A DNA stretch of 64,000 nt from Octopus vulgaris (GCA_951406725.2 OX597823.1:28582001-28646000), one strand, 5' to 3'. Numbered from the stretch's first letter, positions 26,019 through 40,387 are shown. The notes: generated by a model from the sequence alone, not told the origin. A program made the numbers and translations.

Positions 26019-26290
26019 AGGCGCATAGCTTCGTGGTTAGAGCGTCGAGCATATGATCGCGAGGTTGTGAGTTCGATTCCTGGAGCGGGCTGCGTGTTGT
26101 GTTCTTGAGCAAGACACTGCAATTCACGTTGCTCCAGTTCACTCAACTCTAGAAATTGAGTTGCGATGTGACTGGTGCCATGCTGCATCGGCACCTTTGC
26201 CTTTGCCTCGGATAACATCGGGGTGAGGGGTGGGGAGGGTGGTATGCATGGGCAACTGCTGGTCTCCCCTAAAACAATTCGAGGTTGTGC
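26019..26290 (+). mobile_element. tRNA-derived SINE family 3 (CORE-like)
   Basis: GGCGCATAGCTTCGTGGTTAGAGCG (A box), GAGTTCGATTCC (B box) and TTCTTGAGCAAGACACT (CORE-like). Confidence 0.75.
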
Positions 26291-26646
26291 GTTATATATA
26301 TATATATATACATATACGTATATAATCCAAACTCTATCCACCCATCCCTACAGAACTCTGAAGAGATGGAGCTAGCATGGAGAATATCGTGACATCATGG
26401 CAGAAACAGCCGTAAGGAACTGATCTTGTAATCTTTTACTCTTTTATGTATTACTATTATTACTATTACTAGTATACATTTGTGTAGCCAACAGTCTTTG
26501 CATGTGTATCTATTCTTATAATACTCCATTTTGCTTGGGAATAAATAAACATAATAGAATGTCTACCGGCTGTTGTATGTCATCCCCTCTATTTTCTTTT
26601 TGCCGTATATATATATATATATATATATATACATACATGCACTTAC

Positions 26647-26835
26647 TCATCCATCAATACGCAATCTAACTTACGTACCTTTCTTTCCCTCTCTGTCTCT
26701 GTCTCTCTCTCTCCCTCTCTCTCCATATATGGAAGCAGGAAAATAAAAATTGAACTCAAAACTTTAGTAAAGATGTTCAAGTATTAATCAGCAGAAGCTA
26801 CAGAGTGACTCAAGGGCCGAAAGTTTTGCGCATTT

Positions 26836-26911
<76 letters not shown>

Positions 26912-27328
26912 TGCCAATGCAGATCACATCAACCTTCTGAGAAATTTATTTATTTTTACTTGTCGGAAGCAATGCAGTCAATCAAACATTATTCGTTATT
27001 TAATAAGTGTAGATATTGATTAGAGGGGAGAGATATGATATATAACTCCTGTAGATAATTTAGTACGGTCAGCTGGTTAATAAGAATTTTAATTATGATA
27101 GATTATACATAATATTATTCCTAAGGTATAATTCTATTTAATATTTCACGTCGATGAAATAATTAGAAAACTAAATGTTCAAAAGCCATTTCGATTGACT
27201 GCTCGAGATTTTGAGAATGTCCCTCGGGGCTCTAATAAACTGAGCGTCAATTATCCTCGGGGAATGGCTTTAGTACCGTTTTGCGATGTCATGACTTGAA
27301 GATCTATCAAGTTTAAGGAAGAAGCAAC
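26647..27328 (+). repeat. Local direct duplication, copy 2
   Basis: Matches 24202-24918. Confidence 0.95.
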
Positions 27329-27823
27329 CAATTTCAGTCATTTTATAAGGATACTAATACAAACACTCTATTTACTCTGTTCAACGAGAATGGTTCTCTG
27401 TATTTAATTAGATTTCTTCAATTACAATGAAAGAGTTTCTATATTTTGCCAGCAGTCATGTGATAGAGACAGAAAAAGGTGCGAGTGAAAGACAGAGAAA
27501 AACAATAGTAGTGGTAGAGGTGGTGGGGTGATGGTGGTGATGGTGGTAAAAGTTGTCAAAGCTGTTACCAGCTGTTAGTTGCAACTTCATTTCAATCCCA
27601 ATATAGAATTCCTTTTTAAGCAGAGAATACAAATAACCCTACGTAATTAATGTAATGTGATGGATACCATGGTTGCATTCCAAGATCGAGTCCCAGCCAA
27701 AGCAAACGTTAATTTTTGCTGGCAGCTGTTTTAGTAGGGCAGGAATTAATTGATTGGAATAAATAAGAGTAACTTTAGGTTATTCATGAAAGTATTAATG
27801 AGCGATGCTTAATGACTTATAGT

Positions 27824-28198
27824 AGGTAGAAGCACTCCGTCGGTTACGACGATGAGGGTCCCAGCGGATACGATCAACGGAACAGCTTGCACGTGGAATT
27901 AACGTGCAAGTGGCTGAGCATTCCACAGACACGTATACCCTTAACGTAGTTCTCGAGGAGATTCAACGTGACACAGAGTGTGACAAGGCTGGCCCCTTTG
28001 AAATACAGGTACAACAGAAACAGGAAAAAAGAGTGAGAAAAAGTTGTGGTGAAAGAGTACAGCAGGGTTCACCACCACCCCCTGCAGGAGCCTCGTGGAG
28101 ATTATAGGTGTTTTCGCTCAATAAACACTCACAATGCCCGGTCTGGGAATCGAAACCGCGAGTCCGCTGCCCTAACCAGTGGGCCATTGCGCCTCCTC
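27824..28198 (-). mobile_element. Full-length SINE family 2 with a 14-bp target-site duplication
   Basis: TSD TAATGACTTATAGT at 27810-27823 and 28199-28212. tRNA-like head at the right end. Confidence 0.93.
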
Positions 28199-29115
28199 TA
28201 ATGACTTATAGTGCAGAACAACTCAAAGGAACCTAATTGTCATGTGTTTATGTTTGTGTTATTGAAACAAATTTGATCAATGAATACCAGATATACCAAA
28301 TAAGGAATAAATTAATTGCCTATTACATACACACACACACACACACAGATATATATATATATAGATATATATATATATATATATATAGGTGTAAAAATGT
28401 TGAATTAGATTCGTCCTTTAATTTGGAGGTTTCCAAAAACGATTTCTTATATTGATTCTTCACAATTTACAGGCGTAAATTGGCGAATATGAATATAATA
28501 CTTGTGTATGATGTGTTGTGAGTTTATGGATAAAAATCCCACAAAACACAACAATTTTCTTAAAAAGGGAGAAGAGAAGATGTTAAAATATATAAGACAA
28601 TTTTAATTCATGCAGACGATCGTGTCGTACAGAGATATAAAAACCATGCAAATTCATGGTTGAAATATATTAATTAAATTAAGTGAATTAATTACATATC
28701 AATGCACTCATCAGTGCAAGAAGTATAAGCAAAATTTTTACGAAGGACTTGAGAAAGGAAATAGAAGAGAATCTAGGAGATCCATATTTATCCTTATGCG
28801 AAAAAATATATATATTCAACCACATATGCTTAACGCATATGACTGGTGTATTTACCGTAGGCTGATGTTGGACTGGTAAAGGATACCCTCTCAAAACGGT
28901 GGATGTATAAACACCCTAAATTCATGGACAGGCAAAGTAACTCACCCTCAATCCCATCAAGGTGTGATGGACATCGATGTGTCGTCATTTTTGTGGCTGC
29001 TCAATATCACGTAGCCGACCAAGAGAAGAGATAAATCATTTTACTAGTCTACAACATGTATGCTCATGCTGCTCAAATCATGTGCAGACATATGGTCAAG
29101 CCCGGCCAATGCATA

Positions 29116-30403
29116 CGAGGGGCGTTCAATACGTAATGCCCCTGACCCACTTCCCACAGAAGTAGAGCAACGAAACTTGGCACAGTTATTAGTCTTTTTC
29201 CACATAGGAACCACCCAGAGTTACGCATTTCTCCCATCGTTTGATGCAGCTCTGGAGACCGATTTTGTAGTAGACCCCAGCTTGGTCCTCCAACCATGAC
29301 GTAACTTCAGAAATCAAGGCTGCATCATCTGGGAAACGCTTTCCTTTCAAAAACAACTTCATGGCTGGGAAGAGGTGAAAATCAGAAGGTGCAAGGTCAG
29401 GAGAGTAGGGGGGATGGGGGAGGAGTTCATAGCCATACGCCTGTGCTTCTGATCTGGCGACAAGCGAGTTGTGGACCGGAGCGTTGTCCTGCAGGAGGAG
29501 GATGCCTTTGCTGATCTTGCCCCGCCTCTTGATTTTGAAAGCTTCTCTTAATTTCCTCAAAAGTGAAGCATAATAGGCTCCTGTAATTGTGGTACCCTTT
29601 GCCAGGAAATCTGTCATCACTACTCCGTCCTGGTCCCAGAAGACTGTGAGCATGACCATGCCAGCGGAGGGCTGCACCCTTGCCTTCTTTGGAGGAGGCG
29701 AGTCACGGTGCTTCCACTGCATTGACTGGGCTTTGGTCTCTGGATCATAGTGATGGACCCACGTTTCATCCTGTGTAATCAGTCTTTTGAAAAATTTTGA
29801 CTCATCTTCTTGGCACATCTCCAAATTCATCCTCGAGCACACGACGCGTTCTTACTTCTGGAAAGGTGTGAGCTACCTGGGAATCCATCTGGCAGACACC
29901 TTGCATATGCAAATGGTCATGAATGATAGTTTCCACAGACCCGGTACTAATCTTGACCTCATGGGCTATTTGGCGAATAGTTATGCGTCGATCTTCCAAA
30001 ATGGCAGCCTCAACTTGACGGACAGATGCCTCATCAATGGCAGAAGTGGGATCTGGGACCAGATCTGGGAGCTGTTTCCACAGAGTTCCGACCATGTTTG
30101 AATTCACGATGCCAGCGTTTTACAAGGTCATATGATGGGGTATCAACACCATAAGTTACTTTCATTTCATCAAAAGTCTCCCGTGGTGTGCGTCCTTTCA
30201 AATACAAAAACCGGATCACTGCTCGAAACTCAACAGGCTCCATTTCACACTTGACTCAGTTCAAACACCTGTAAATCAGAAACCACAATTAGTTGTAATT
30301 TACCACTTAATCTATAGAGATATAAATAACTGCACATGCAAAATCTCAACTGTATCGAACAACTGCAAGTGGGTCAGAGGCTTTACTTATTGAACGTCCC
30401 TCG
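29116..30403 (-). mobile_element. Full-length mariner transposon (1288 bp) with a frameshifted DD34D transposase at 30243-29189
   Basis: 37-bp TIRs CGAGGG(G/A)CGTTCAATA(C/A)GTAA(T/A)GCC(C/T)CTGACCCACTT with TA on both sides. Motifs TQDETWVHHYDPE, LQDNAPVH and YSPDLAPSDFHLF. The coding sequence is spread over several frames. Confidence 0.97.
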
Positions 30404-30521
30404 TACGTAAGGCTCAATTCAAAATTTGAAATATAAGCAGTACCAGTGTATATGTGTGTACGTCTATGTGTGTGTGTGCGCGTGCGTGTGTGCGCATATG
30501 TGTATGTGTATATGCCGGCAA

Positions 30522-30554
<33 letters not shown>

Positions 30555-30620
30555 AACTTTGATACTTTGATAGGTTTCGGCCATTATTGGCCCAGGCCAT
30601 GTCTAACTTAATGGCACCAC

Positions 30621-30688
<68 letters not shown>

Positions 30689-30814
30689 TATATGACTATA
30701 TACATGTACATGTACCTATATATATATATGTGACCTACGCAGTTAGAATCGAAGACGGACCTTATGACTGCAAAGCCAACATCTTGCCTATTTGCCTATT
30801 CGGTGCTACTCTTC

Positions 30815-30857
<43 letters not shown>

Positions 30858-31352
30858 AACACTCACACACACACGAACACGAACACGCACGCAGACACAC
30901 CTAAATACACACACACACATAAACACGCACTTATACACACGCCTGTACAAACACGCACACACACACACACACTTAAACACACCCATACACGTATAGACAT
31001 GTACACAGACATTCACACACCGATATCTTCCATATATATGCTTACATACTTATATGCATACGTGTGTGAGATGTACGTGTTACACTGCATGTGCTTGTGT
31101 GCGTAAGTTTGTGCGTGCATGTGTGTGGTTGTATGTGTGCAGAGTCTTCTACATGATTTTGGTAAGAATTAATAAACCAATCAGTATCGATTAAATAATC
31201 GTCTTAATTTCTTCCAGTAATACATAAAAATCGATAAGGATTAATTAATTATTTTGTATTTTCTAGATTAATTCTTGAACAAAATTATTATTTTCACATC
31301 TTATTTTATATTAAATCAACGAATATTATATTATTAACGATACGGCAAATAA

Positions 31353-33141
31353 CACTTAATGAAAAATTAAACTAAGTTTCTTTAGTAAGAGATATTTATG
31401 GTGATTTCAGTTAGCTTTCTATGCTCTTTCTGAATATCAGTTAAAGACGAAGGTAAATGTTTTGCTCCACATATCTAATGCAAAGTTTGCAGTGATCGAC
31501 TTTACTTGTGGTCCAGTAGCAAGCTGAGGTAAATGCCATTTGCCATTCCAATGATATGGCGAGAATAAAGTAACCATTCTACTGATCGTTACTTTTGTGT
31601 TACCAATATTGAGGGTTTCCATATGAAAACTGCATGCAAAATATATCAAGTATCCTAATTTGTCATCTGTCATAAGACCACAGCCTATGAAAATGAAATT
31701 CCTCCTGTGCCAAGTAATCAACCAGGGAGTTAGTCTGATGATTGTTCTGATGACAAAACTGAGTGTGAAAACCAAATAGATGACAAGGTTTTGAAATTTC
31801 TCATTCATGCCCTAATATAAGTCAACAACAACTGGATCATTTCGTTTCAAAGTTGGGACTCCCGAAGTATGATACTTACCTTGCTTGAACGGTGCTCACA
31901 GAATTTGGTCCCTTTGCCCAAGAAAGAAAAATAAAAGCGTACGGACACTGAGAAGAAATTTGCTGAAGTTTCCGCCACACATGATGAACTGGGTTTGGTT
32001 TATTGCAAGGTTATTTCTGGTTAGATGATAGCACTGAGAATTTCCTCTGGCGCCAAGATAGATTACTGGTTATTCTTTGATGGTAGCGTTTCCAGCTTAA
32101 AAGCAGTTTTTCATTTTGGGGGATGAGTTCTCGGGGATTCCAGCGGGTTATTCAAGGAAGGCAAAATATGATATCAAGATGTTACTTTCCTTGAACAGTT
32201 ATGATTATCAAAAGTAGAAAGTTAGGAGCGATTTGAAGATCACAGGTTTTTAAGTCGGATGAAAAGGGCTACACGATTAACTGCGTCTTGTGCCTGTAGG
32301 AAAGCCGGGTTTGAAATAAGTGCTAGGGTTAGCAGGTTGGGTCGGGACGTCGTGAATGGAGTTCAGTGAATGAAAAAGCATTCAATACGTACCTCTACTT
32401 TTACCTGAGCTAATTGTGTTACTACCACCATATATCAGACCTGAAATTTCCAAACACTTAGTGAAGTTATTGGACGCCGAGGGGCAATCACTCAAATTGC
32501 TTAAAGATATCTTTCCTCGATTAAGCGAAACAAAGTTTAAAGAAGACATTGTTGTCAGACCAGACAATCGAAAACTGATGAAGAATCAGATGATCGGAGA
32601 TTCCTTGAATGAATTTGAACGACAAGCTTATGATACTGTGTTAAAAACAATTGAAAACTTTCTACGAAAATACTGGATTTACTTTTGGAGTCATTCGATG
32701 AACAGATTATTAAAATGTCCTTGGAGATTCACTTTTTAAAAAGTCTCTCGGATTTCTTTCCTTTGGATTTGGGTAAGACCAGTAATCACAACTATTGAAA
32801 CAAGGTAGCAAGGGCGAACCGATCCCCGCATAATGGCTTCACTCCTCTTGAACTCCATGTGTTTGAACTGATCTTGGCTGTGAAAGCAATGCTTTATTTT
32901 TCTAAGTTTATATTGTTATTTTAACGTTGATTAATTGTAGTTTAAGTACGCTATTAATTTACATGCAATCTTCACAAGATTAGACACTTTGTTTCTGTAA
33001 ATGTTGTATAAGAGGGATAACTTATAGATCAAAATATAGGCGTAACTTCATCAAAACGGATTTCATATTGATAAAGAGCACTCCAATATTAACTGATGTC
33101 AACTAAAGTAGAGTTTGCTATAAAATTAGTGTCAGGCAGTG
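31353..33141 (+). mobile_element. Decayed Chapaev3-like (CMC superfamily) DNA transposon
   Basis: Termini CAC...GTG flanked by TAA/TAA. ORF 32416-32739 (LLPPYI..KHLVKLL..FPRLSETKFKE..V.PD.RKLM..ERQAY..ENFL) and the upstream SLKAV motif resemble the LLPPLHIKLGL-type transposase. The family assignment is from recall. Confidence 0.7.
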
Positions 33142-35894
33142 TAATGAATTTTTAATGCATTAACGTTTGTAAAAATGACCACTTATGGACCAAGTGGTTG
33201 TAATAACTTAGCCACAGATTCAATACACTTTTCAAAACGACCACTTATTGACCGTTGTTATTTGTATTTATGACATCTGAAATTCTGTAATTCCCTTAGC
33301 TGAATCGGTTCCAATAGCCTCTTCTGCCATTTTGTGCATAAATGTTTAACCGAGTATCTGAAGCTTCAATAAAGGTTGTTTTTGATGGAGAAAGCAAGTG
33401 CACAATAGAAAAATGCTAGTTTTCCATAATAATATCATTATCACTCTAGTGGTTACAATTTGTATCCTGAATTGTAATTATGGTAATAATCACGTGTTTT
33501 GTCTTTGTTCAGTTAATTTGATTGATTATATTATGTTAAATATTTATCCAAGTTAGTCTGGCGGTAGTCTCTGTTTTTTTATCTGATGTAGACATTGTCC
33601 ACCAATTTCCTATGGAGATTGTTAATATAATTTGTAGCAGTCCAAATGTCTGTACAACTTTAGCAGAACTGATTAACATATATTCTTTCACCAGTTTATT
33701 TTCTGGAACAGTAAAAATATGCAAGACTTTTCTCAGATTCAAAATATGATACAGTTTTGTTAGCTACATTCCAATGGTGGAATTTTGTACATTTGATAGA
33801 CACCATCTCTTTCTTCAGAAGAAGAATTCAAATGATTAAAAACAGAAGAAAACATACGTGTATACACACATACATACATACATGCATATATAATAAATCC
33901 TGAAATAAAACTGAAAAATGACATACATACATGCACACATACATACATTCATGCATACATACACACATACATACACACATATATACATACATATGCATAC
34001 ATACATATGCATACATACATACATATACATACATACATACATATGCATACATACATACATACATACATACATACATACATACATACATACATACATACAT
34101 ACATACATACATACATACATACATACATACATACATACGAGCAAATGCCTCCGTGACAGTCCGGGAAAGCCAAGATTTCAGAAAAAGAAATTGACCATTT
34201 ATTTCGTACGTTACAAATACAATCTGTAAGTGGAATAATAAAAATATGCAAGGCATTTTCAAGCTTAAAATGTGAGATTGATTTTGTAACTTACATTCCA
34301 GCGTTGGAGCTTTGTATCTTTGTCAAAAACCAGCTCGTTCTTTAGAGGTCGACTTCAAATATTTATAATTTATCAACAAAAGAGAACACACACAGACACA
34401 TATATTAAGAGAGCTAACATTTTCAAAAGGTTTTGATCCTGTAGCCTGTACCACACAGTTTCCGTCTACCAAATTTACACACAAGTCTTAGCTCGTCTCT
34501 TGGATATAGAAACAAACAACTCCCCAACTTTCCGTGCAGTTGAACGGAATCTGAAACTACATGTTTGTAAAACGAACTCCACATTTATGAAAAACAGTGT
34601 TTTAAATGTGGCTGCAATCTTTTAAATGTAGTCTTTAAAATCATTCTTGTTTTGGTAAAACCATAATGATGCATTTTTACAACCTCATGGTTCTTTGTCA
34701 CACATACTGTTAAACTTGTATCAAATTCATACATACACATTCTCCTAAATTTAGAATATTTTAAATCCATTTTAGCATTAGAATTTTCTCTTTGATTTTC
34801 TTAGTTCCTTTCACAGGAATCATGTTCTACATTCTGACACAACAACGCGGATGACACGTTGATATAATTCCATATATTTCCAATAATGCAGCTCTTGTCT
34901 TTTTCATGTTGTTTGCTTCTACTCTTTTATATCTCGTTATTCGCTCTCATAACTCTTATCGCAGCCATCGTTATCATTGCTTCTAGTTTAATAATCATCA
35001 TCACCATCATCACATTATCATTATTTCTGTTACTCTTCAACCACTTGCCACTACGATGATCGCAATTATCTATCTATTCACTTTCTCTTTTTCTGTCTTT
35101 CTTTACAAATTTCTCTCTTTTTCTCCCTCTCTCCCTCTCTTTTTCTCTCCTTCCTTCCCTCTCTCCTCCTCTCTCTCTCTTTCTCTTTATCTCTCCCTCC
35201 CTCCCTATCCCTCTCTCCCCTCTCTCTCCTTTTCTTGTCATCTCTCCCTCACTTTCTCTCTTTCTCCCCTTCTCCCTCTCCACTCTCTTTCTTTCTTTTC
35301 ATCTCCTTGTCTGTCTTTCTCTCCCTCTGTCTCTATCTCTGTCACTCTATCCCTGCATGTCTCTCCCTCCCTCCTTACCGCCCTCTCTCTTTCATCTCCC
35401 TCTCTCTCTCTTTCTCTCCCTCTCTCTCTCTCTCTCTGTCTTCCTTTTCTGAACATATGTTTGTGTTTTGCGTATCTTTTATCTCTTATTGGTCTCAGCC
35501 ATTGGATTGCAGCCATGCTATCGCACGCCTTGAGGTGGTTTGTTGAACACATCGACACTGGAACTTATTTATTTAATGCCTCGTACTTATGCTAATTTTA
35601 TCAGATCTCTTTTGCCGAACCACGAAGTTGCGGAGACGTAAAAAAATCAACACCGTTTATATCGTAACACACAAGGCTTTGGTCGGCCTGGTGTCATAGT
35701 AGAAAACGCTTGTCCAAATTGCCTGAACCCGAAACCATATGCCATGTGACTGGAAAGAAAATTCCTCACGAACAGTTACGCCTGCGTCTATATATATATA
35801 GGGAGAGTTTACGAACAAAACAAAAGACGAAGAGAGGTGGTGTAAAAAACAAACAGATGTATTAGTATAACGCTCAGAAATAGAAATACTTTTA

Positions 35895-36815
35895 CCCAAA
35901 AGGTTTTGAAAAATGTTTTGAAAATCTTGCCCAAAAATTTTTTAAAAATTGTTTTAAAACTTTCCCCAAAATATTTGAAAAATTTTTTTGAAAATTTTCC
36001 CCAGAATTTTTGAAAGATTTTTCAAAAATTGTCCATTTATCGAAAATTTTTGAAAAATTTTTGAAAAATTTTTGAAAATTTTTGGAAAATTATCCCAAAA
36101 ATTATTGAAAAAATTTTCCCCAAAAAATTTTGAAAAATTTGGGGAAAATTTCTATATATCTATATATCTATCTATCTATATATATATATCCATATATAAA
36201 TATATATCTATATATATCTATCTACATATATATATATATATACATATATATACCGATCTATATATATATATATATATATATAGATATATATCACATACAT
36301 ATTTCCAAAAAAAATTTTTCGAAAATTTTCACCGAAAATTTTTCGAAAATTTTCACCAAAAATTTTACCCAAAAATTTTCTGAAAATTTTTACCGAAAAT
36401 TTTTCGAAAATTTTCACCGAAAATTTTACCCAAAAATTTTCTGAAAATTTTTACCGAAAATTCAACCCAAAAATTTTTCAAAAATTTTACGCAAAAGTTT
36501 TTCGAAACTCTTCACCGAAAATATCCCCACAAAATTTTTCGAAAATTTTCGCGAAAATTTTACCCAAAAATTTTACCCAAAAGTTGTACCCAAAAATTTT
36601 ACCCAAAAACTTTTCGAAACTTTTCACCGAAAATATCCCCACAAACTTTTTCGAAAATTTTCGCGAAAATTTTACCCAAAACTTTTTCGAAAATGTTCAC
36701 CGAAAATTTTACCCAAAAATTTTCTGAAAATTTTCACCGAAAATTTTACACACAAATTTTTGCAGAAAATTTTAACCAAAAATTTTTGGAATATATTCAC
36801 AGAAAATTTTACCCA
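35895..36815. repeat. A4T4-tract satellite (12-13 bp units, ~37-bp higher-order repeat), block 1, interrupted by (TA)n
   Basis: Reiterated GAAAATTTTCACC / AAAATTTTACCC / AAAATTTTTC. Confidence 0.95.
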
Positions 36816-37240
36816 AATACTTACTGAGACGAAAACACCAAAGGGAAAATCGGTGGTTTCATGACGACAATGCACCTGTGCACACTGCATTGAATGTGAA
36901 AGAATTTTTGACTATAAATGCCATGACTCTGCTTACCTACGCTCCTTATTCATCCGATCTTGCGCTCTGCGACTTTTATTTTGTGCGCCGAGTGAAAAAA
37001 GTCATTAATGGAAATCGTTTTGCACATGTGGAAAGGCGAAGCAAAATACGACAGAGGCGTTAAAAGTTATTGCATCGCAAGAGATCCTGGCGTGTTTCGA
37101 ACAGTAGAAAACGCGTCTGGACCGATGCAGTGCTTCAAATGGAGAATACTGTGAAAGCGATAAAAAAATATAGACATGTAAAACTAAGTGAATAAAATAA
37201 TCTTGCAAAAATTCAAGATTCTTTTAAGTGTTCCATCGTA
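36815..37240 (+). mobile_element. 3' fragment of a mariner element (duplicated at 39232-39667)
   Basis: WFHDDNAPVH and APYSSDLALCDFYF motifs, followed by a TIR-like end ...GTTCCATCG-TA. Confidence 0.85.
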
Positions 37241-37437
37241 TAATCTTCTTTGGAAGTACAGTTCTTGTAATGTATTTTATTTTGGGGTTGTTAAGTTTCA
37301 TGTTATGATTTTAGTTATTCAGATATTTTCGTAGCAGTGGTATTTATTATGCTGGGTTGTGGAAAGTGAAAGGAATATAAACTAGGTCAGTTAAGATGCA
37401 TATACATATGTGTGTGTGTGTGTGTGTGTGTATGTAA

Positions 37438-37529
<92 letters not shown>

Positions 37530-37834
37530 ATAGATAGAAAGATAGATTCAGGCAACAGGTAAGAGCTAGATATGCACCGTATACAAGACAAGTTGCAGTG
37601 CTCAAATGAGAGTGTACTCAAAGTAGGAATGCTTCATCCAGGACAAAGTCCACGGCGTCAATAGCGGCTATAAGAATAACCCAAGAAAGGCTGATATGGA
37701 GGTAGCGAAGCAATCAAACGGAATTACGCTTGAATCATATATACATACATGTTTACATACTCACCCAGGCACACATCAAACATACACACACGCACACACA
37801 CAAACACATATATCTACATATATTCATAAAGATA

Positions 37835-37913
<79 letters not shown>

Positions 37914-37971
37914 ATATTCTAGTATACTTACATAGAGCATAAAAAATATAAAATACTAAGAAGAGAATATG

Positions 37972-39232
37972 TTTGGAAAATTTTTTCACCAAAAATTTTA
38001 CGAAAATCTTCAGTAAACACATTTTACCCAAAAATTTTCCGAAAATGTTCACCGAAAACTTTTCCCAAATATTTTTCGAAAATTTTCACCAAAAATTTTT
38101 CGAAAATTTTCTCCGAAAAATTTTCTCCAACAAATTTAACCCAAAAATCTTTCGAAAATGTTCACCGAAAATTTTTCCCAAATATTTTTCGAAAATTTTC
38201 ACCGAAAATTCTGCACAAAAATATTTCGAAAATTTTACCCAAAAATTTTTCGAAAATTTTTACCGAAAATTCTACCCAAACATTTTTCGAAAATTTTACC
38301 CAAAAACTTTTCGAAAACTTTCACCGAAAATATCCCCACAAAATTTTTAAAAAGTTTTCGCGAAAATTTTACCCAAAACTTTTTCGAAAATTTTAAAGGA
38401 AAAATTTTCACCGACAATTTTTCGAAAATTTTACCCAAAAATTTTTCGAAAATTTTCACCGAAAATTCTACCCAAAAATTTTTGCCGAAAATTTTAACCA
38501 AAAATTTTTCGAAAGTGTTCACAGAAAATTTTACCCAGAAATTTTCACCAGAAATTTTTCAAAAATTATCTGGAAATTTTCAGAGATTTTTACCCAAAAA
38601 TTTTTCAAAAATTTTCACCGAAAATTTTACCTAAAAATTTTTCGAAAATGTTCGCCGAAAATTTTTCCCAAATATTTTTCGAAAATTTTCACCAAAAATT
38701 TTTCGAAAATTTTCACCGAAAATTTTACCCAAAATTTTTCTGAAGATTTTCACCGAAAATTCAACCCAAAAATTTTTCGAAAATTTTACCCAAAAGTATT
38801 TCGAAAACTCTTTACCCAAAAATTTTTGCAGAAAATTTTAACCAAAAAGAAGAGAATATGTTTGGAAAATTTTTTCACCAAAAATTTTACGAAAATTTTC
38901 ACCGAAAAAATTTTCAGTAAACACATTTTACCCAAAAATTTTCCGAAAATGTTCACCGAAAATTTTTCCTAAATATTTTTCGAAAATTTTCACCGAAAAT
39001 ATCCCCCCAAAATTTTGAAAAAATTTTCGCGAAAATTTTACCCAAAACTTTTTCGAAAATGTTCACCGAAAATTTTACGAAAAAATTTTCACCGACAATT
39101 TTTTGAAAATTTTCGCCGAAAATTTTACCCAAAAATTTTCTGAAAATTTTCACCGAAAATTTAACCCAAAAATTTTTGCAGAAAATTTTAACCAAAAATT
39201 TTTCGAAAATGTTCACCGAAAATTTTACCCAA
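37972..39232. repeat. A4T4-tract satellite, block 2
   Basis: Same units as block 1. Confidence 0.95.
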
Positions 39233-39875
39233 ATACTTACTGAGACGAAAACACCTGATCTATAGCAAAGGGAAAATCGGTGGTTTCATGACGACAATGC
39301 ACCTGTGCAAACCGAATTGAATGTGAAAGAGTTTTTGACTATAAATGGCATGACTCTGATTACCTACGCTCCTTATTCATCCGATCTTGCTCTCTGCGAC
39401 TTTTATTTTGTGCGCCGAGTGAAAAAAGTCATTAAAGCAAATCGTTTTGCACATGTGGAAAGGCGAAGCAAAATACGACAGAGGCGTTAAAAGTTATTGC
39501 ATTGCAAGAGATCCTGGCGTGTTTCGAACAGTAGAAAACGCGTCTGGACCGATGCAGTGCTTCAAATGGAGAATACTGTGAAAGCGATAAAAAAATATAG
39601 ACATGTAAAACTAAGTGAATAAAATAATCTTGCAAAAATTCAAGATTCTTTTAAGTGTTCCATCGTATAATCTTCCTTGGAAGTACAGTTCTTGTAATGT
39701 ATTTTATTTTGGGGTTGTTAAGTTTCATGTTATGATTTTAGTTATTCAGATATTTTCGTAGCAGTGGTATTTATTATGCTGGGTTGTGGAAAGTGAAAGG
39801 AATATAAACTAGGTCAGTTAAGATGCATATACATATGTGTGTGTGTGTATGTAAGTGTGTATATATATATATATG

Positions 39876-39935
<60 letters not shown>

Positions 39936-39963
39936 TAGATAGATAGATAGAAAGATAGATAGG

Positions 39964-40024
<61 letters not shown>

Positions 40025-40333
40025 TGATAGATAGATAGAAAGATAGATTCAGGAAACAGGTAAGAGCTAGATATGCACCGTATACAAGACACATTGCAGT
40101 GCTCAAATGAGAGTGTACTCAAAGTAGGAATGCTTTATCCAGAACAAAGTCCACGGCGTCAATTGCGGCTATAATAACCCAAGAAATGCTGATATGGAGG
40201 TAGCGAAGCAATCAAACGGAATTACGCTTGAACCATATATACATACATGTTTACATACTCACCCAGGCACACATCAAACATACACACACGCACACACACA
40301 AACACATATATCTACATATATTCAGAAAGATAT

Positions 40334-40387
<54 letters not shown>

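Noticed and set aside
28946-28988. Possible first coding exon on the minus strand (AAAATG...GAGG|GTGAGT)
   Set aside because: Only 14 codons; such signals arise by chance in 64 kb and no downstream exon could be linked.
37973-39216. Repetitive 'ENF/KIF/PKNF' ORFs resembling a repeat protein
   Set aside because: Produced by the satellite in several frames on both strands; unit lengths are not multiples of three.
36305-39232. CRISPR-like array
   Set aside because: No constant repeat with unique spacers, no cas genes, and a eukaryotic context.
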